DNA from: Vicugna vicugna
Lineage: Eukaryota
Assembly (NCBI GenBank): GCA_013265495.1
Contig: MU061578.1
Location: forward strand, 4,661,308-4,725,307
Reading direction: 5' to 3'
DNA length: 64,000 bases
Below the pieces are notes generated by a model. That model did no database searches. It saw only the letters and a list, made by a program, of their open reading frames with translations, and had not been told where the DNA came from. Position 1 is the first letter of the stretch, and each line of letters starts with the position of its first letter. Shown here piece by piece: positions 1-13,484 of this stretch. The position numbers were made by a program, and so were the translations under genes.

Positions 1-3000
1 TCCCTCCAAGGCCCAAGTCAACAACTCCCAGGGACCCCAAGGCTGAAGGGGTCACACCAGCTCAGGGGGAGTGGTGACCTGGGGACCACACACACCACCT
101 GGGAACAGGCACACACTACGACAGCACCAGACATGTGTCACCATCCTGGTCACCAGGGACAGGCTGGGAAGCTGGCCCTCAACTGCCCTCAGCACTGGAC
201 TGAGACAGCACATTCCATAGCTGGCATGTCCCCTCCTCCTCTGTTCCCTCTCCTGCTCTGAGACAGGTATAACTGTGTTGGGAGAGGAGTGAAGAGCCCT
301 GTTCCGCCCCATATACCTGGGACTTCCTTCCCTTCCCCGACAGTGCCCCAGTAGTTGCTGGGGAGCCCAGTCTGCCCCCCACACTGGGGCTGTCCCAATT
401 CCCCCTGCCTTCCAGATCAGACATCCTCACAGGTAGGAGCACCAGCCTCCCAGGGAAGTGTTTCATTCAGGCTCTGATCTTTCTTGCTCTGAGTAGGAGC
501 TGGGGTGGGGGGATCCCTGCTTCCACCACCAAACTGGTAGTGTTCAGCTAAAGGTGCTCAGGGCTTCCCATCTGATGGACAATGGTAGTGCTCCCCTGCC
601 CTCCCCACACAGGGCTTAGCCCCTGCATCATGGCCCGGTGCACATCCCAGGTCTTGCAGAGGGAAGGGGAGTGGAGTGGGGGGGGCACAATAGGGCCCAG
701 TGGGGAGAGATGGGAAGGGGGCTATTTAGGTCAGGTGAGTAGGGCGAGGTATGCAGAGGCAGAGGCCAAGGAGAGGGTTGTTCCTGAGCCCTGGGTGGTT
801 CTGAGGGCAAGTCCCTTCTAGAGCTGAGGAAACGCCGGCCCCAGACAAGCCAGGACACTGCCCTGAAGCACAGAGCAGCCTCAGTTTCCTTCTCTGCCAA
901 GGGGGGAGTGGCCTGGGTACCCACTCCCAAGTCCAGATGCCAGGTGGGGTCTGGGGGCCAGCCGGAGCCCCCAAGGAAACATCTGCACATTCCAGACGCG
1001 TGTGGTCAGCAGTGGAGGCGAGCGCCAGGCTCCAGCCCAGCACCCCACCCGGCGCTGGCCGCCACGCTGGAAACAGAGCTTGGGGGGAACGGGCTCCAGA
1101 GGGGCCGCCTGCAGATGTTACGTAACCGCTCCTCCCAAGCCAGCAGCTGCCTCCTCCCCTGGCAGGACAGGACAGAGCTGCAGAGCGACAAGGCCCCCCA
1201 CTCCCAGCCTGAGGCCCAGGGCTCTGAGCTCCTCCCTGCTTCCCGCTCTCAGTGGGCTCCCCAAACGCAGCCTCAGCTGCCCCATCCTCTCCATGAAGGC
1301 CTTGGGACTCCTGGGAAACAGGTTCCCTTAGCCCAGTAAGAAGGACCCCCAACAAGTCCCCCAGGAGCCAGGTCCAAGCAGAAGGGGCCAGAGGCCACAT
1401 GCTGGTCCTGGGCCCCTAGGGGCCCAGGCTCTCCAGACCCCACTCCAGGCATCACCACTCGACGCCTTAGTAATGGCTCCTTTCAGCACAGGACCACGGT
1501 CGGGTCAGTTTGAGTCTAATAACCTCATTCTGTCTTCATTCCCTTCTATTTATGGTGAGTGAGGCTGGCTTCCAGGGCCGGAAATGATGTTTAAATTAAT
1601 GAATTCAAGTTTTGGAGAGAGAGTTGATCTGAAGAAAAACACTTGGAGAGGGTGAGCTGCGGGGGTAGGCAGGGGGCAGGCTCCTGGGGAGAAGGGGTAC
1701 GGAGGGCCTGGCTGCACCCGCCCTTCCCCACTTGGTTCCAAACCAGGGCCCAGAGAATGGAGGAGAAGGGGGGTCTGGGCCTGGAAGGGAGAGAATGGCC
1801 TGCGAGAGAGCCCCTCTGAGCCTTGTCCAGGGCGTCAGAATAGGAGGCAGCCTGCGTCTCCCAGGGCATGTTTCGGGTTCCCTCACTGGGGTGTGTCCAT
1901 CCCACAACTGAACTGTCACCAGGAAGAGACACAGGCGTCTGGTGCGGTGACACTGCCTGCCCAGAAACCCCCTGAAACCACAGGCCAGGACAGGGAGGGG
2001 AGCCCTCCCACAGGAAGGAGTATGGGGCATCTCCCATGCTGGGATGGAGACACAGCTCAGCCTACCCAGAGGCAGCCACTGTCAGGGCAGTAACAGGACC
2101 AGGGTGGGGTGAGGAGCCAGGAAAGAGGGGGTGGGGGCCCTCCCAGAAAAGAGTTCAGCATGCCCCTCCACCAGCAGCTGGAGATTTGGGGCCACCCTTC
2201 AGGGCAAGAGGAAGAAAAGGACCAGTACTTGGGGACGCCAGTGCCCATGTGCTGCATTCAGCTGGATGTCCCTCTGCACTCTGGCTCATTTCAGCCAGCC
2301 AGGGCAGGGGCTACGCCATCCCCTTCTACAGACAGGAATGCCGAGGCTCAGGGAGGCTGCCCTCCTCACCCCACAGTCGCCTACGCAGAGTCTGAAGAGT
2401 GAAGGAAAAAGGCAGCAGGGCTCTCCCTATCCTGGCTGGAGAACACAGCCTCCAGCATTCATGGGTAGAAGCACTGGCCCAGTCTGGCTGGCAATTCCAT
2501 CACCCAGTCGGTTGTGTGGCAGAGCCAATGGGTTACAGAGCAGTTTAGAGGAGTAGAATCTGGAGGCTCCCTTCTCACCTGGAGCGCTGGCCCTCATTCC
2601 CTGTCTCAGCCAAAAGGAAAAGCTGGCTTCTGCCCTGCCTCAGGACAGAAGCCTTTCCAGGGTGGCCCCACCAGGATCCCAGAGTGGGCTCCAAGCCTTC
2701 AGGGGATAGGGACTGATAAAACTGGGGACACACTTTGCCAGGCCTGGGCTCACGGGTGCTTCAGGGAGAGAAAGAGCCCTGCCCACCTTGGCTCTCAAAT
2801 GCAGCCCCCTCCCTGGCATGGGCGGCTGGGCACCACTGGGCCCCTTGGCGGAGAGGCTGCCAAGCCATAAAGAACGAGGTGTTCCGGGAAGAAAGGATGT
2901 GAGCCGCATTTTCCAGCTGCGTTCATTCGGCAGTGAGACGGCAGGCAGGCGGCCCGGCCAGGCCAGCGCGCAGGACCAGGCGCGGAGGCAGCAGCAGAAG

Positions 3001-4164
3001 CGGTATGTTTTCATACCAGCGGGTTAGGCCCGTCTGGGTCCCTGCTGCGGGTGCTGGCCACCACAGTGCTCTGGAAAGTGTGCATCTCCGCCCAACACGG
3101 CTTCCTCACTTGAAACCAAACCCCAGCCAGGGACTCCCTCAGGAGGCTAGGGTGGCCGCACGTGGCACAGGCACCGTGGGTGGGGGTCGAAGGCACCGCC
3201 ATCCGGCCAGCTGTCGCAAAGATGGCGGGGCAGAGGGAGGGGAGGCTCTGATGGGAAACCTAATCCACAAGGGGAGTCGCAGGACAGTCCACGGAGCACA
3301 GGGAAGGGGAAACCAAGTCTCCTGTATGCTGAACACATCTTCTGAGAAAGCACCGGTGTCAGTCAGCTCCTCGAGGGACATCACAAGGGCAGCGGAGGTT
3401 GGCAGCAGAGCTGTGGCGGGGGTGCCGAGTGGCCCGTGTGTTCATGGATTCCAACGGCACCACATCACCTCAGGTCACAGAACAAGGTGAACACGAGAGT
3501 TCATGGTGCTCTGTTGACGCCTCATAACTTCACTGTGCGTACTTGAATGCATCAAAACCACAAACACATAAGTCTTAGGGGTGCAACTCCTGGTGGCCAG
3601 TGCCGGGGAGAAGGGAATGGGCCCTAGGAAGATGGAGGATGGACTGAGGGGCCACTTTGGCAGTGGTTATGATTATTGTGGCCACCATCAACTAAGCCTT
3701 GTGGGTACACACACCTTCACCTCTGAGACCCCACAACCACTCATGGTGTCCATTCTGTCCAGGTGAGGCAATTTAAGCTCAAAGAGGCTGAGTGACCCAG
3801 CCAAGGTCACACAGGAAGCAGAGCTGCTGGGATCCAGGTCTGACCCAGAGCCTGAGCCCCCTTCTCCTGTGCTCCAAGTCTCCCTCCTGGAACCAAACAA
3901 GAAGTCAGTGGGAAGGACAGTCAAGGGAATTTCCAGGAGAGAGCTGGTGGGAAGGGCTGGGTAGAATAGGGGCAAATAAGAAGCTGGGGCCTGAGTCCAG
4001 GTCCCACCCGGTACCATTCAAACACACCCAAGGACCACTCAGGGATATCCCCATTGCCACCTCTGTCTGCTTACGAAGCAGGTTGCTGGTGCTGGATCCC
4101 AGGCCCCCACGTGCAGTTCCAGGGCCAAGCCCCAGAGTGTGCTGATGAAGTCACCTCTCTGACA

Positions 4165-4295
4165 CAACTTACCAGCCATGTGACCTTAGAAGTGACTCAA
4201 CCTCTGGGAGCCTCAGTTTCCTCGTAAAACAGGACCAACGCCATTGCATCGTGGTGGCACACCATGAGATAAAGGCCTTAGCACAGAGTCCAGCA
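4165..4295 (+). mobile_element. MIR SINE
   Basis: ACTTACCAGCCATGTGACCTT...GAGCCTCAGTTTCCTC MIR core. Confidence 0.7.
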
Positions 4296-4359
4296 TGTGG
4301 CAATGGTGGAGGGAGAAGACATGGTGGGGAACAGGATGCACTCCTCTGGGTATTTTTTT

Positions 4360-5260
4360 CAGAGCTTTGGTTTTTAATTCAAATATAACTCACACATTAT
4401 AAAGTCTACCCTTCTAAATAGAGTTCAGTGGTTTTTAGTATTTTTTCAAGGTTGTGCAGCCACCACCATTACCTAGTTCCAGAACATTTTCATCACCCCG
4501 AACAGAAACCCCACAATCTTTGGCCATCATCCCTCAGCCCCATCCCCCACCCCAGCTGTAGACAACACTCGCCTACTTCTTCCTCTGTGGCTTTGCATGT
4601 TCTGGACATTTCCTCTCAGTGCAATCATTTAATGTGTGTCGGGCTTCTCTCACTGAACGTGTTTTCAGGCTCATCTACATTGCAGCGTGTATCACTACTG
4701 CACTTTTCACGACTAACGGTCCACAGGATGGATGGACCACATTCTGTTTATCCATTCATCTCTTGATGGACACTTGATCTGTTTCCACCATTTAACTGTC
4801 AATAATGCTGTTATGAACCTTTGTACATAGGTTTTTGTGTGGACGTAGGTTTCACTTCCCTTGGGTATACACCTAGGAGTAGAATGGCTGGGCCCCATGG
4901 TAACTCTATGTTTAATCTTCTGAGGAACCACCAGACTGTTTTCCAAAGCGCTGCCCCACTCTACATCCCCACCAGTGGGTGAGGATTCCAATTTCTCCAC
5001 ATCCTCACCGACACTCACTATTTTTGGTGACAGCCATCCCAGTGGGTATGAAATGGTATCTCACTGTGATTTTGATCTGCATTCCTCTGAAAGCTCGACA
5101 TTGAGCATCTTTTCAAGTACTTACTGGGCATCTGTGTATCTTCTTTGGAGATCTGTCTGTTCAGATCCTTTGCTTACTTTTTAGCATTTAAGGAATTTTG
5201 TGCATTCTAGCTACAAGTCCTTCATCAGATACATGATTTGCATGTTTTATCCTCCCTGCA
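4360..5260 (-). mobile_element. Old L1 (L1M-type) 3' fragment in PKD1 intron 1
   Basis: Characteristic L1 3'UTR/ORF2-end phrases (CATTTTCATCACCCC, GGGTATACACCTAGGAGTAGAAT, GAGGAACCACCAGACTGTTTTCCA); ORF 4713-5018 has L1 ORF2 C-terminal-like peptides. Confidence 0.85.
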
Positions 5261-6519
5261 GTCATTTTGCAGGTGTGTTCACCCTCCTGGATGGTGGCTA
5301 TCCTCACTACTCCCACATACTGCCTAGCTCCTGAGGGTTGCTGGCACTGAGAATGCTCTGGTGTTGGTCCCTCTGTGTCCGCAGGTGTTGCAGGTGTAGC
5401 TGAAGCCTCCCCACTTACCTCTCTGCCCTGCCAAGTGACCACATACAGAAGGCAGAGTGTGCCCGCTTGTCCACAGTTCTGGCAAATTTGCATCTCATGA
5501 CCTACCAGGAAACTAACATTACATATGCATCTACAGCCTGAATTTCTAGGTGCCAGCCATCATGTGCAGCTCAGGGAATGTGAGGGTGAGACCAGCTGGG
5601 CACGCAAGATGTCCAGGGCCACCCAATACCATCTCCACACAGCAGCTAGTGTTCTTTCAGGAAGATGTCAATCAGGACACTACCCTACTAAGTCCTTTAA
5701 TGCTGCCCCTACTTGATCTCTCAATAGAAGACCCACCTCCCACCTCCCATCACTTGGAGCCTCTAAGAAGCTCTGCCAGGCTGTCCTCTCTATCTGGGAC
5801 GCTCTCTCCCAGCCCCTGGATGACTCCTGTGAAAGCACTGAATCTTGGCTTCAAAGTCACCCTGCATTGGGGGTCCTCCTAGGCAGCCCCTCCAAAGCGG
5901 CCCCCCTCCCCATCATCTGTGTCTTTGGTTTAACACTGGCTCCCCCTTGATGACAGTCCCAGAGTAGTGAGCCCTGGAGATCCCTGGCACAGGGCCAGGC
6001 ACACAGCAGCCAGGACCACTCTCTGGTAAGGGCCCAGGAATGGGACCCTCTCCTGCCCCGCCGGCCCTCAAGGAAGCAATGCACATGGCTCCTGCAGTCT
6101 AATACGTTACACACACACCAGGCTCACACCGGCCTCAGGGGTCTACTCCCTGATGCCCACCTTCCCTCACGCCCACCTCCTGTGCAGACACCAGAGACTT
6201 GCCCGATCCCTCAGACCCCCCCCCATTCTCCTATTATTTAGCGACACAGGTCCTGGGTGCTCCTGGCCAACAGAAGACGCTAAAAGCCCAATATTTTAGT
6301 CAGCAAAACAAATCCCTACTGAGCCCCTGCTCTGAGCCGAGTCCTAGACCAGAACATTCAGCAGACAGTATGAGGCGCACTACCGGCACCTGGTCAAAAT
6401 CAGCAACACACATCACCTGAGAAGGGGTCAGCCAAAAGCAACCACACCTGAAAACGACCAACAGCCACACCTGGAGCAATGCCATCACATCTAGAACTCT
6501 ACGGTGACAAACATTCCAT

Positions 6520-7085
6520 CTCTATGCTGTCCTGTCCAACACACTAGCCACTGGCCCTATGGCCCCTGAACACCTGAAACGTGGCTCATCACACAACACA
6601 GCTCTGGACCTAACAATCAGTTTACGGGGAAAACACAGGGCAGGCGATGACACAGGGCACACATCAGATGACATCATGAAGGTGACACACAGAGACGCAA
6701 TACAAAACCCAGGAGCTACTGGAGCAGGTTTCCTCGACAAGTGACACGAGCGGAAACAGAGATGGAGGGAAACCTATGCATCCAGAGATGCAGAGGACGT
6801 TAACTAACGGCACTGTGTGGATCTTATCCAGATCCTAATTCAAACTACTAAAAAGAGAGACAACCAAAGATTGGAACTGGACATGTAACAGGATCAGGGA
6901 AATATACGCTGTTTTACGTATGATCATGGTGTCACCACACATTCCAAAATGCTTACAGATCAAAGAATAGGATGGCTGGAATTTGCTTCAAAAATGGGTG
7001 GGGGTGGGGAGGGACAGGGCCCACACTATTCTGCCTACTTTTTTGCACGTTTAAACTCTTCATGATAAAACTTTAAAAATATGGG
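6520..7085. mobile_element. Old repeat fragments (MER3/MER33-like DNA transposon piece followed by L1ME-like 3' fragment)
   Basis: GCTGTCCTGTCCAACACACTAGCCACTGGCC start; AT-richer L1ME-like text. Family calls from recall only. Confidence 0.45.
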
Positions 7086-8559
7086 AGTAGCAAAATTTTA
7101 CTGAGTAACGTCATCTTTTTCAGGCTGCCACCTCCTAGCAGCACTGTTTAACCCAAAAAGAGCCAGGGTCTCAGAACCCCAGGCCACCCTGAATGTTGAG
7201 GCCTGGTGGGCCCAGATCCCCCATGGCAAGCCGCTATCCTCCCCATCAAGTCTGGAGACAGCTGTCCTGTCACACCTTAGGCTGGCGAAGGAGTCTCAAA
7301 TGAAGGGGTGGCTGCAAGACGCTGATGGCAGAGGTCCCTAGAGGACACTGCTGGTGATGCCTAGAAGGCAGGGCTTCTGGGGCCCCTGGACATGCACACC
7401 CTCACCAAGGAGGCTCCTGGCATCTTCAAGCTCAGCCCTGTTCCCCTGAAGAAAAGACTCACCCATCTCCCTCTCCCCAAGGAGGGGGTTTGCAGGGATG
7501 ACAGGCAGATGGTGGCCTGGGGGACTGGGATGGAGGGCCTTAACATCTGCACCCAAGGGCCTAGTTTCCCATGGGTTCCCAGCCACCAGCCCTGTGGAAA
7601 TCTCCCAGAGACATCTTCAGAGTGTCAACAAGAGCCTGGAATCTCTTCTACACCCCATCCACTTGCCTCCCCAGGTTCCATCATCACATGCTGTGGGGCC
7701 AGCCACACTGGGAGTCCCGCCAACTCAGGCCAGGCCACCAACTCCAAAACCCAGGACCGGAGCCTAAGGTGACACATGCAGCACAGTAGGCTCAGATTTC
7801 ACTGCTGTGCCCAAGAACCTGCACCCTGCTGCAGGCCCCTGCCAACCTACAGTATCGTTTGTTTCCTGGACAGCTCCTGGAGGCCAGCACAACACTGGGT
7901 GATGAGGAAGTGGAAATAACCAGCAGAAGCTAGGGCCTGACCACCTTGCAGCGACCAGCCCACCAGAGATGGAAGTAATCTCACTCACAGCATTGAGAAA
8001 CAGGGGTTGGGTGGGTCCAATGTAATTATGTGTGCACGGGCAGCAGGCAGGAAGCCCCTCTCCACAGGGACAGCTGTGATGGAAAACACTCCGGCGATCA
8101 GGGACCAAGATGACAGGCCCAGTGCGGCCCCATGGCTCCCAGTCACCACTGGAGAACCTGCTCTGCCCCCAACACCCCAAACAACCAGCAAAGCCTCAAG
8201 GATGAACCCCCTCCTCCAGGAGAAGCACCTATCCTGGCTCCACCCCTACAACATCCAAACTCATCTGAACACTGACCACAAAGATCTCCCTAATAAAAGG
8301 TGGTCTCACACTGGAATCATCCAGGGAACATTACAAAACTAAATCCCAGGTTTAATAAGTCTGATGTTAAATGGTCCTCCAAGGGCTTCCAGCATGCAGC
8401 CAGGGAGAGGTGGAATCCTGGCTTTGGTACCTGCAAGTACCCAAACAGGGTCATAGGGATGTGGATTAGCAGGCCCTGAACCTGCTCCCAGCTCTGGGGA
8501 CAACTGTCCACAAATCTCAATTCCCTACACCCTTTTCAATCCGATCCTGAATTCACAGT

Positions 8560-8775
8560 CAAACCCTGCCTCTGCCATGTACTGGCTGTCACTTGTTACT
8601 TGTGCTTGGACAAGTCACGTCACCATCACCTCTGGTCTGTTTTCTCATCTATAAAATGGGCATCTTCACTGTACCTCTACCTCAGAGGGTGAGGGTTAAG
8701 TGTGACAATTCACAACCAGGGCCTGGCACAGTCCCAGGCTGGAGGCAAGCTCTCTATAAAGGCTGCCTGTTATTA
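8560..8775 (+). mobile_element. MIR SINE
   Basis: CTTGGACAAGTCAC...TTTCTCATCTATAAAATGGG MIR core. Confidence 0.75.
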
Positions 8776-8817
8776 TTCCTTCCAAATGCAAATCTGAAAA
8801 GAACAAACAAAAAGGTA

Positions 8818-8935
8818 GAGGGAGAGTATAGCTCAGTGGTAGAGTGGATGTCTAGCACGCACCAGGTCCTGGGTTCAATCTCCAGTATCTCTATTAAAAA
8901 TACATAAACAAACCTAATTACCCCCCCCCAAATCA
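8818..8935 (+). mobile_element. tRNA-derived SINE (camelid Vic-1-like)
   Basis: TATAGCTCAGTGGTAGAG (A box)...GGGTTCAATC (B box)...AAACCTAATTACCCCCC tail; TSD AAATGCAAATCTGA at 8784-8797 / 8936-8949. Confidence 0.88.
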
Positions 8936-9399
8936 AAATGCAAATCTGACAACAGCTTTTCAGCATTTTAAACCCCTCCGTGTCAATCCTGCCCACCCAC
9001 TGTCCCCAGAATAACATCAGAGCCCTAGACAGGACAAATGACACCAGTCCACACCCCCCCATCCTGTCCCCACTTCCTCACACCTCCCCTGGAATTGCCA
9101 CACTGGGGATGCACCCTACACCCACACTCGACCAAGTCCAGCCTCCAAGGCTCTGCACATACGGTTCCCTCCTCCCTTCCCCTAAACCCACCTTCCTGCC
9201 TCTCCTTAAGTACCAGGCCAATTCTTACACATTCATTAAATTCTTGTCCACCTCTTTCCGAGAGCCTTCCTTGTCATCCCAGACAGAGCTCTCCGCCTCC
9301 TAGCTTCCTCCTGGGCTCCCAAGTGCTGGATATCCCCCCAGGCCAAGCCGCATTCTATTAGTCGCTAATTAGCGTTTGTTTGTCGCTCTACTGAGAGAC

Positions 9400-10560
9400 C
9401 TCCCCGCCCCGCCCCGCCCCCGCACAACGCCACAGGCTCCCAGTCAGCTCATGTTAGCGGAGCCCCGCCGGGTGCGATGTTTCTGCTTGCAAAGAATCCG
9501 GGATTTTTCTGTTTCCCTTTGGCCCAGGCCAGGCGGGCTGAGAGCCGACCGCGGTCCCAGGTTTTCCTTATTTAGTCGGGCCGACCTCACTGCGCTGGAG
9601 CCTCGCCCTGGGAGAGGCCTGGCCCGCGCTCCGTTTCCCCTTCAAGAGGCCGAGGACGCGCCCACGCCCTGCGAGGCCCGCCAGGCCGGCAGCCTGCCCA
9701 GCCGGCCTCTCCCGGGAGGGTGCAGGCGCCTCGCGCCCCGGCAGGCCCGGGCTGCTGCAAGTCCTCGCGGCCGCCTGGCGCCATGGCAACCGCCCGGCCC
9801 GCGTCGCGTAGCGGCGAGTTACTCACAGCACGGTGGCGTCCGCGGGGATGCGCAGCGCGGGCCCGAGAGTCCGCAGCCCGCGGCCGGAGCAGTTGACGCG
9901 GCAGGCGGCGCCATGCGCCGGGCCGCAGAGGCAGGGGGGTGCGCATGGTCCGCAGCCGCGCCCGGGGACCCCCGCCAGCGCCCCGAGCCACAGGCCCAGG
10001 CCCAGGGCGAGCGCCAGGCGGGCGGGCGCGGCGGGCGGCATCGTCAGGGCAGCGCAAGCATGGCCCCGGCCCGGCCCCGAGCCCGCCCGGCCCCGGTGGC
10101 CGTGGCTCAGGCAGGGCCCGCGCACGGCATGGCTGGGCGCAGGGCGGGATCTGGCGGCGGCGGCGGCGGCCTGTCTCCCTGCGCTACGCCCGCTCAGCGC
10201 TCGGGCCCGGTTCTGAGTCCTCAGCCGCCCGCTCGCGCGCTGGCGCTGCAGTGCGGGCCTGCCGTCCGCTCCTCCTCCTCCTCCCGGCGCGGCGCGGGGC
10301 GGGACGGGACGACCTTAGGCCCCGCCCTCTGCGCCACAGTTTCGGGCGCTGCGCAGGGCAGGCACCAGGGGCGGGGCGTCGTGAGGCTCCGCCCTTCCCT
10401 CTGCAGTGTGGCCGCTCGCATGAGGGGGTGGGGCAAGGTGGGTGGGGCATCGGTAGCTCGGCTCCTCCCACTGGGCTCTAAACCTGGTTGCGAGCTCCGC
10501 TCACTTTAGTAGCGGTGGTCCTCGCTCGGCGCTCTTCTGTCTTCCCTCCGGGACGACGTC
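9400..10560. promoter_or_regulatory. PKD1 CpG-island promoter
   Basis: Very high CpG/GC density around exon 1; several GGGGCGGGG/CCGCCC GC boxes (~10295-10395); no obvious TATA box. Confidence 0.85.
9827..10041 (-). CDS. PKD1: Polycystin-1, exon 1 coding part (signal peptide + LRR N-cap); the rest of the gene lies left of the window, so 1-9826 is intron 1
   Basis: ATG at 10041 gives MPPAAPARLALALGLGLWLGALAGVPGRGCGPCAPPCLCGPAHGAACRVNCSGRGLRTLGPALRIPADATV, the recognisable polycystin-1 N-terminus; GTGAGT donor at 9826; 215 coding nt as in known PKD1 exon 1. Confidence 0.98.
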
Positions 10561-10984
10561 TCTCAGTCCTCAAAGCTAGAGCATTCACACACTGCAAACA
10601 GCAGCGCTAACTACCCTGACCTCAGAGCACCCGGTACCCGCACTAAGCCTCATCTAGCACCTCTGTCCCTCTCCACCACCGTAGTTTGCCGAGCACCTGG
10701 TTACACAGTAGGCACTCAATAAACACTCATTGCATCCTCTCGTGAAGTTCCACCAGAGCGCCGGCGAGGTGTCCCCGCTGTCACAGAGGTGACAAGGTCC
10801 GAGGTGGGCCTCACCTGGGCAGGTGAAGGCTGAGCTCTGCATCCTCCCGGTCTGGCCGCAGCTTGCCGGCTCTTTTCACCTAGCGAAGTACTCGGTGCTG
10901 TGACTCTACCCGGAGAGATTTTGTCCCTCTGTGTACACAGGATTTAATTGTGAAACTAACGCAAGTGGTGGGAAGACTCCAAGT

Positions 10985-11310
10985 CAAACAACATGCATGG
11001 ACCCTGAAAAACATGCTAGAAGCCAGACATAAAGGATCACATACTATATGATTCCATTTATTTTAAAATGTCCAAAATAGGCAAATCCATAAAGACAGGA
11101 AGTAGATTAGTGGTTCCCGGGGCTGGGAGGAGGGGGAATGGGGAGTAACTGCCAATGGGTGTGGGGTTCCTTTTGGGGATGTTGAGAATGTTCTGGAATT
11201 AGTGGTGATGGTTGTACACCTTATAAATATACTAAAATCACTAAACTGTGCTCTTTGAAGAGCGAATTTTATGGTATGTGAATTATATCTCAACTTCTAA
11301 AATAATGAAG
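10985..11310 (+). mobile_element. Old L1 (L1MB-like) 3' end
   Basis: AGAAGCCAGAC...ATACTATATGATTCCATTTA...AAAATAGGCAAATCCATA...TATGTGAATTATATCTCAA, a typical L1MB 3' terminus. Confidence 0.85.
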
Positions 11311-13484
11311 AAATAATAAAGTTTTTCCACCATTGGGCCATGAGTGGATACCTGACCCATGCTGGCCAATTGAATTCCTCACCCAGAGCCTGGACAGAGG
11401 CTGAGCAGTTACAGGAAGGGGATCCCCAGACTCACGTAGGTAAAGCCCCTGTTGCACTGTCCAAGTGGGAAAGAGCCTCAGGACCGGCTGGAGGCTAAGT
11501 GGGAGAAGAAGAAAACTCAGATGCTGCCCTGCCTGGGGGTTGGGTGCTAGAATGGGTGGAGAGGCTGTTTGCTGGGTGGAGGGATGCCCCAGGGGAGGAA
11601 GGATGTGGAGGGAAAGGTGAGGAGTGGGTTCTGGACAGGTGGTGCCAAGGCTACTTGAGAAGGTGCCCAGAATACAGCTGGAGGCGAGGTGTAAAGCTGG
11701 AAGGGAGGATGAGCGCACCTGGGGGAGGTGGAAGACTCCATAGGCAGGGGACCCCAACCTAGAGTTGGGGAGGAGAGAGATCTTGGGGGATTCTAAGTGA
11801 GAGAGCCAGAGAAGTAGAAGGAAACAGGCACAGTGTGTGGAAGTTGAGGGAACAGCTACAGGAGAGATGTCAGCAGGGGCTTGGACTACAGGAACAGAGC
11901 AAGGGCTGGGGATAATGCCCCTGTGAGTCCCTCCCTGATGTCCCCACACACACTGCACAGGCCCACATGTACCTCCACTTGGGGCTTCCAGAACACTGCT
12001 GCTCCCATTTCCTGGCCTTTCCCCATGTTATTCCCTTTGCTTCGAATGCTTTTCCATCCCACCCCCATGCAGACTCAGCTGTGGTGCCTCCTCCTCCAGG
12101 AAGCCTCCCCAGCCCCCATCTCATTCACATCACACAGACATTCAGGGGACGCGTATTTATGAGCTATCTACTGCAAGCCCCAGGCTTTTCCCCCAGGCTG
12201 TCTGTGCCCCTGCTGGACAGCACTCCTCAGGGTCATCCTGTGCCTCAGTCCTGCCATGTTGCTGCATGAAGCAGAAGACATAGTGTTCACCAGGGACCGT
12301 TACTGAGAACACCCTAAGTGGAGGAGTTGGTGGGAGGCCAGATGCCAGCGGATTGGTAGCAAATGAGGGGGTGTAAACATGACATGTTTCACTCTTTCTA
12401 GAAGCTTAGATACGAAAGGAAAGAGTCAAGAGACAAGAGAAGGGCACAGGGTGATAGCAAAGGTTTTTTTCTTAATGTGGAAGAGACTTGAACCGGTTTC
12501 CAGGCTAAGGAAGACTGACAACAGAGACAGAGAAGTGAACCACAGAGGACGAGAAAGAGAATGTGCACAGGGAGTGAAAAGATTAGTGGTGAGAGCTTCC
12601 TAAGAGACAGGAGGAAGGAAACCCACATCCTTCATTTGTCCACCCATTCATTCACTGTCTTATTCCATTGAGTCTCCCCGTGGAAGGTGGGTTCTATTAT
12701 TATTTCCTTTGAGGTAATTAAGGCACAGAGAGGTTAAGAAATTTGACAGGTAAGAACAATAGGTAAGTGGCAGGACTGAGATTACCTTCCAAATCCAAGC
12801 TTTTGACTCCAGACAAGATTGGTAAGATTCAAGGACTCAAAATGAAGGAAGACACACCCATAAGGAACAGTGGTACAAAATGAGCAAAACAGATTAATCA
12901 AGTCTAAATGATTATTTGAAGGTGGTTGTGAAGTAAATGCAATTGTTTGGAAAGGATTTCTGGAATAGAAAAGACACATGGTTAAGGAAGAAAATTAATT
13001 ATCTGGAAATGAAATTCTAGACTATTTCAACAAACTTCGTGGTGAGTCAGAGGAAATAAAATGTGCCAAAGATCTTGTTTGATTCAGGGAGGGGGACGTT
13101 GGAGAAATGTTTAGTTCTTGATAAGATGTAGATTTAAAGGTTTTTATCACTAGTTAATGATAACTATTAGTATAAAATAAAGGAGGAAACTAGAAGTGGA
13201 GAGAAGAAAGAAGAAAACCTAATTGGCCCAGAAAAGAATTTAAAAAGGAAACAATAAATCAGTGTATTAATCAGAACACAAAATAAGACCAAGCACGTGG
13301 GTCATCATAATAAATGTAAATAAGTTAAGTTCCCCTGTTAAAGAACAAGGACTCTCATAATCAGAAAACACATTAAATCTAGGTATATGTTGTTTACAGG
13401 GACACAGCTAAGACAATTAGCCCAGAAGGCTGAGAGTAAAGAGACAGGAAAATGAAGACAAAAAGAGTGCTGGGTGGCAGTATT

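Noticed and set aside
9376..10509. 377-aa + strand ORF antisense to PKD1 exon 1
   Set aside because: Non-ATG start, low-complexity Ala/Arg/Pro/Gly content, no domain; expected in a CpG island depleted of stop codons.
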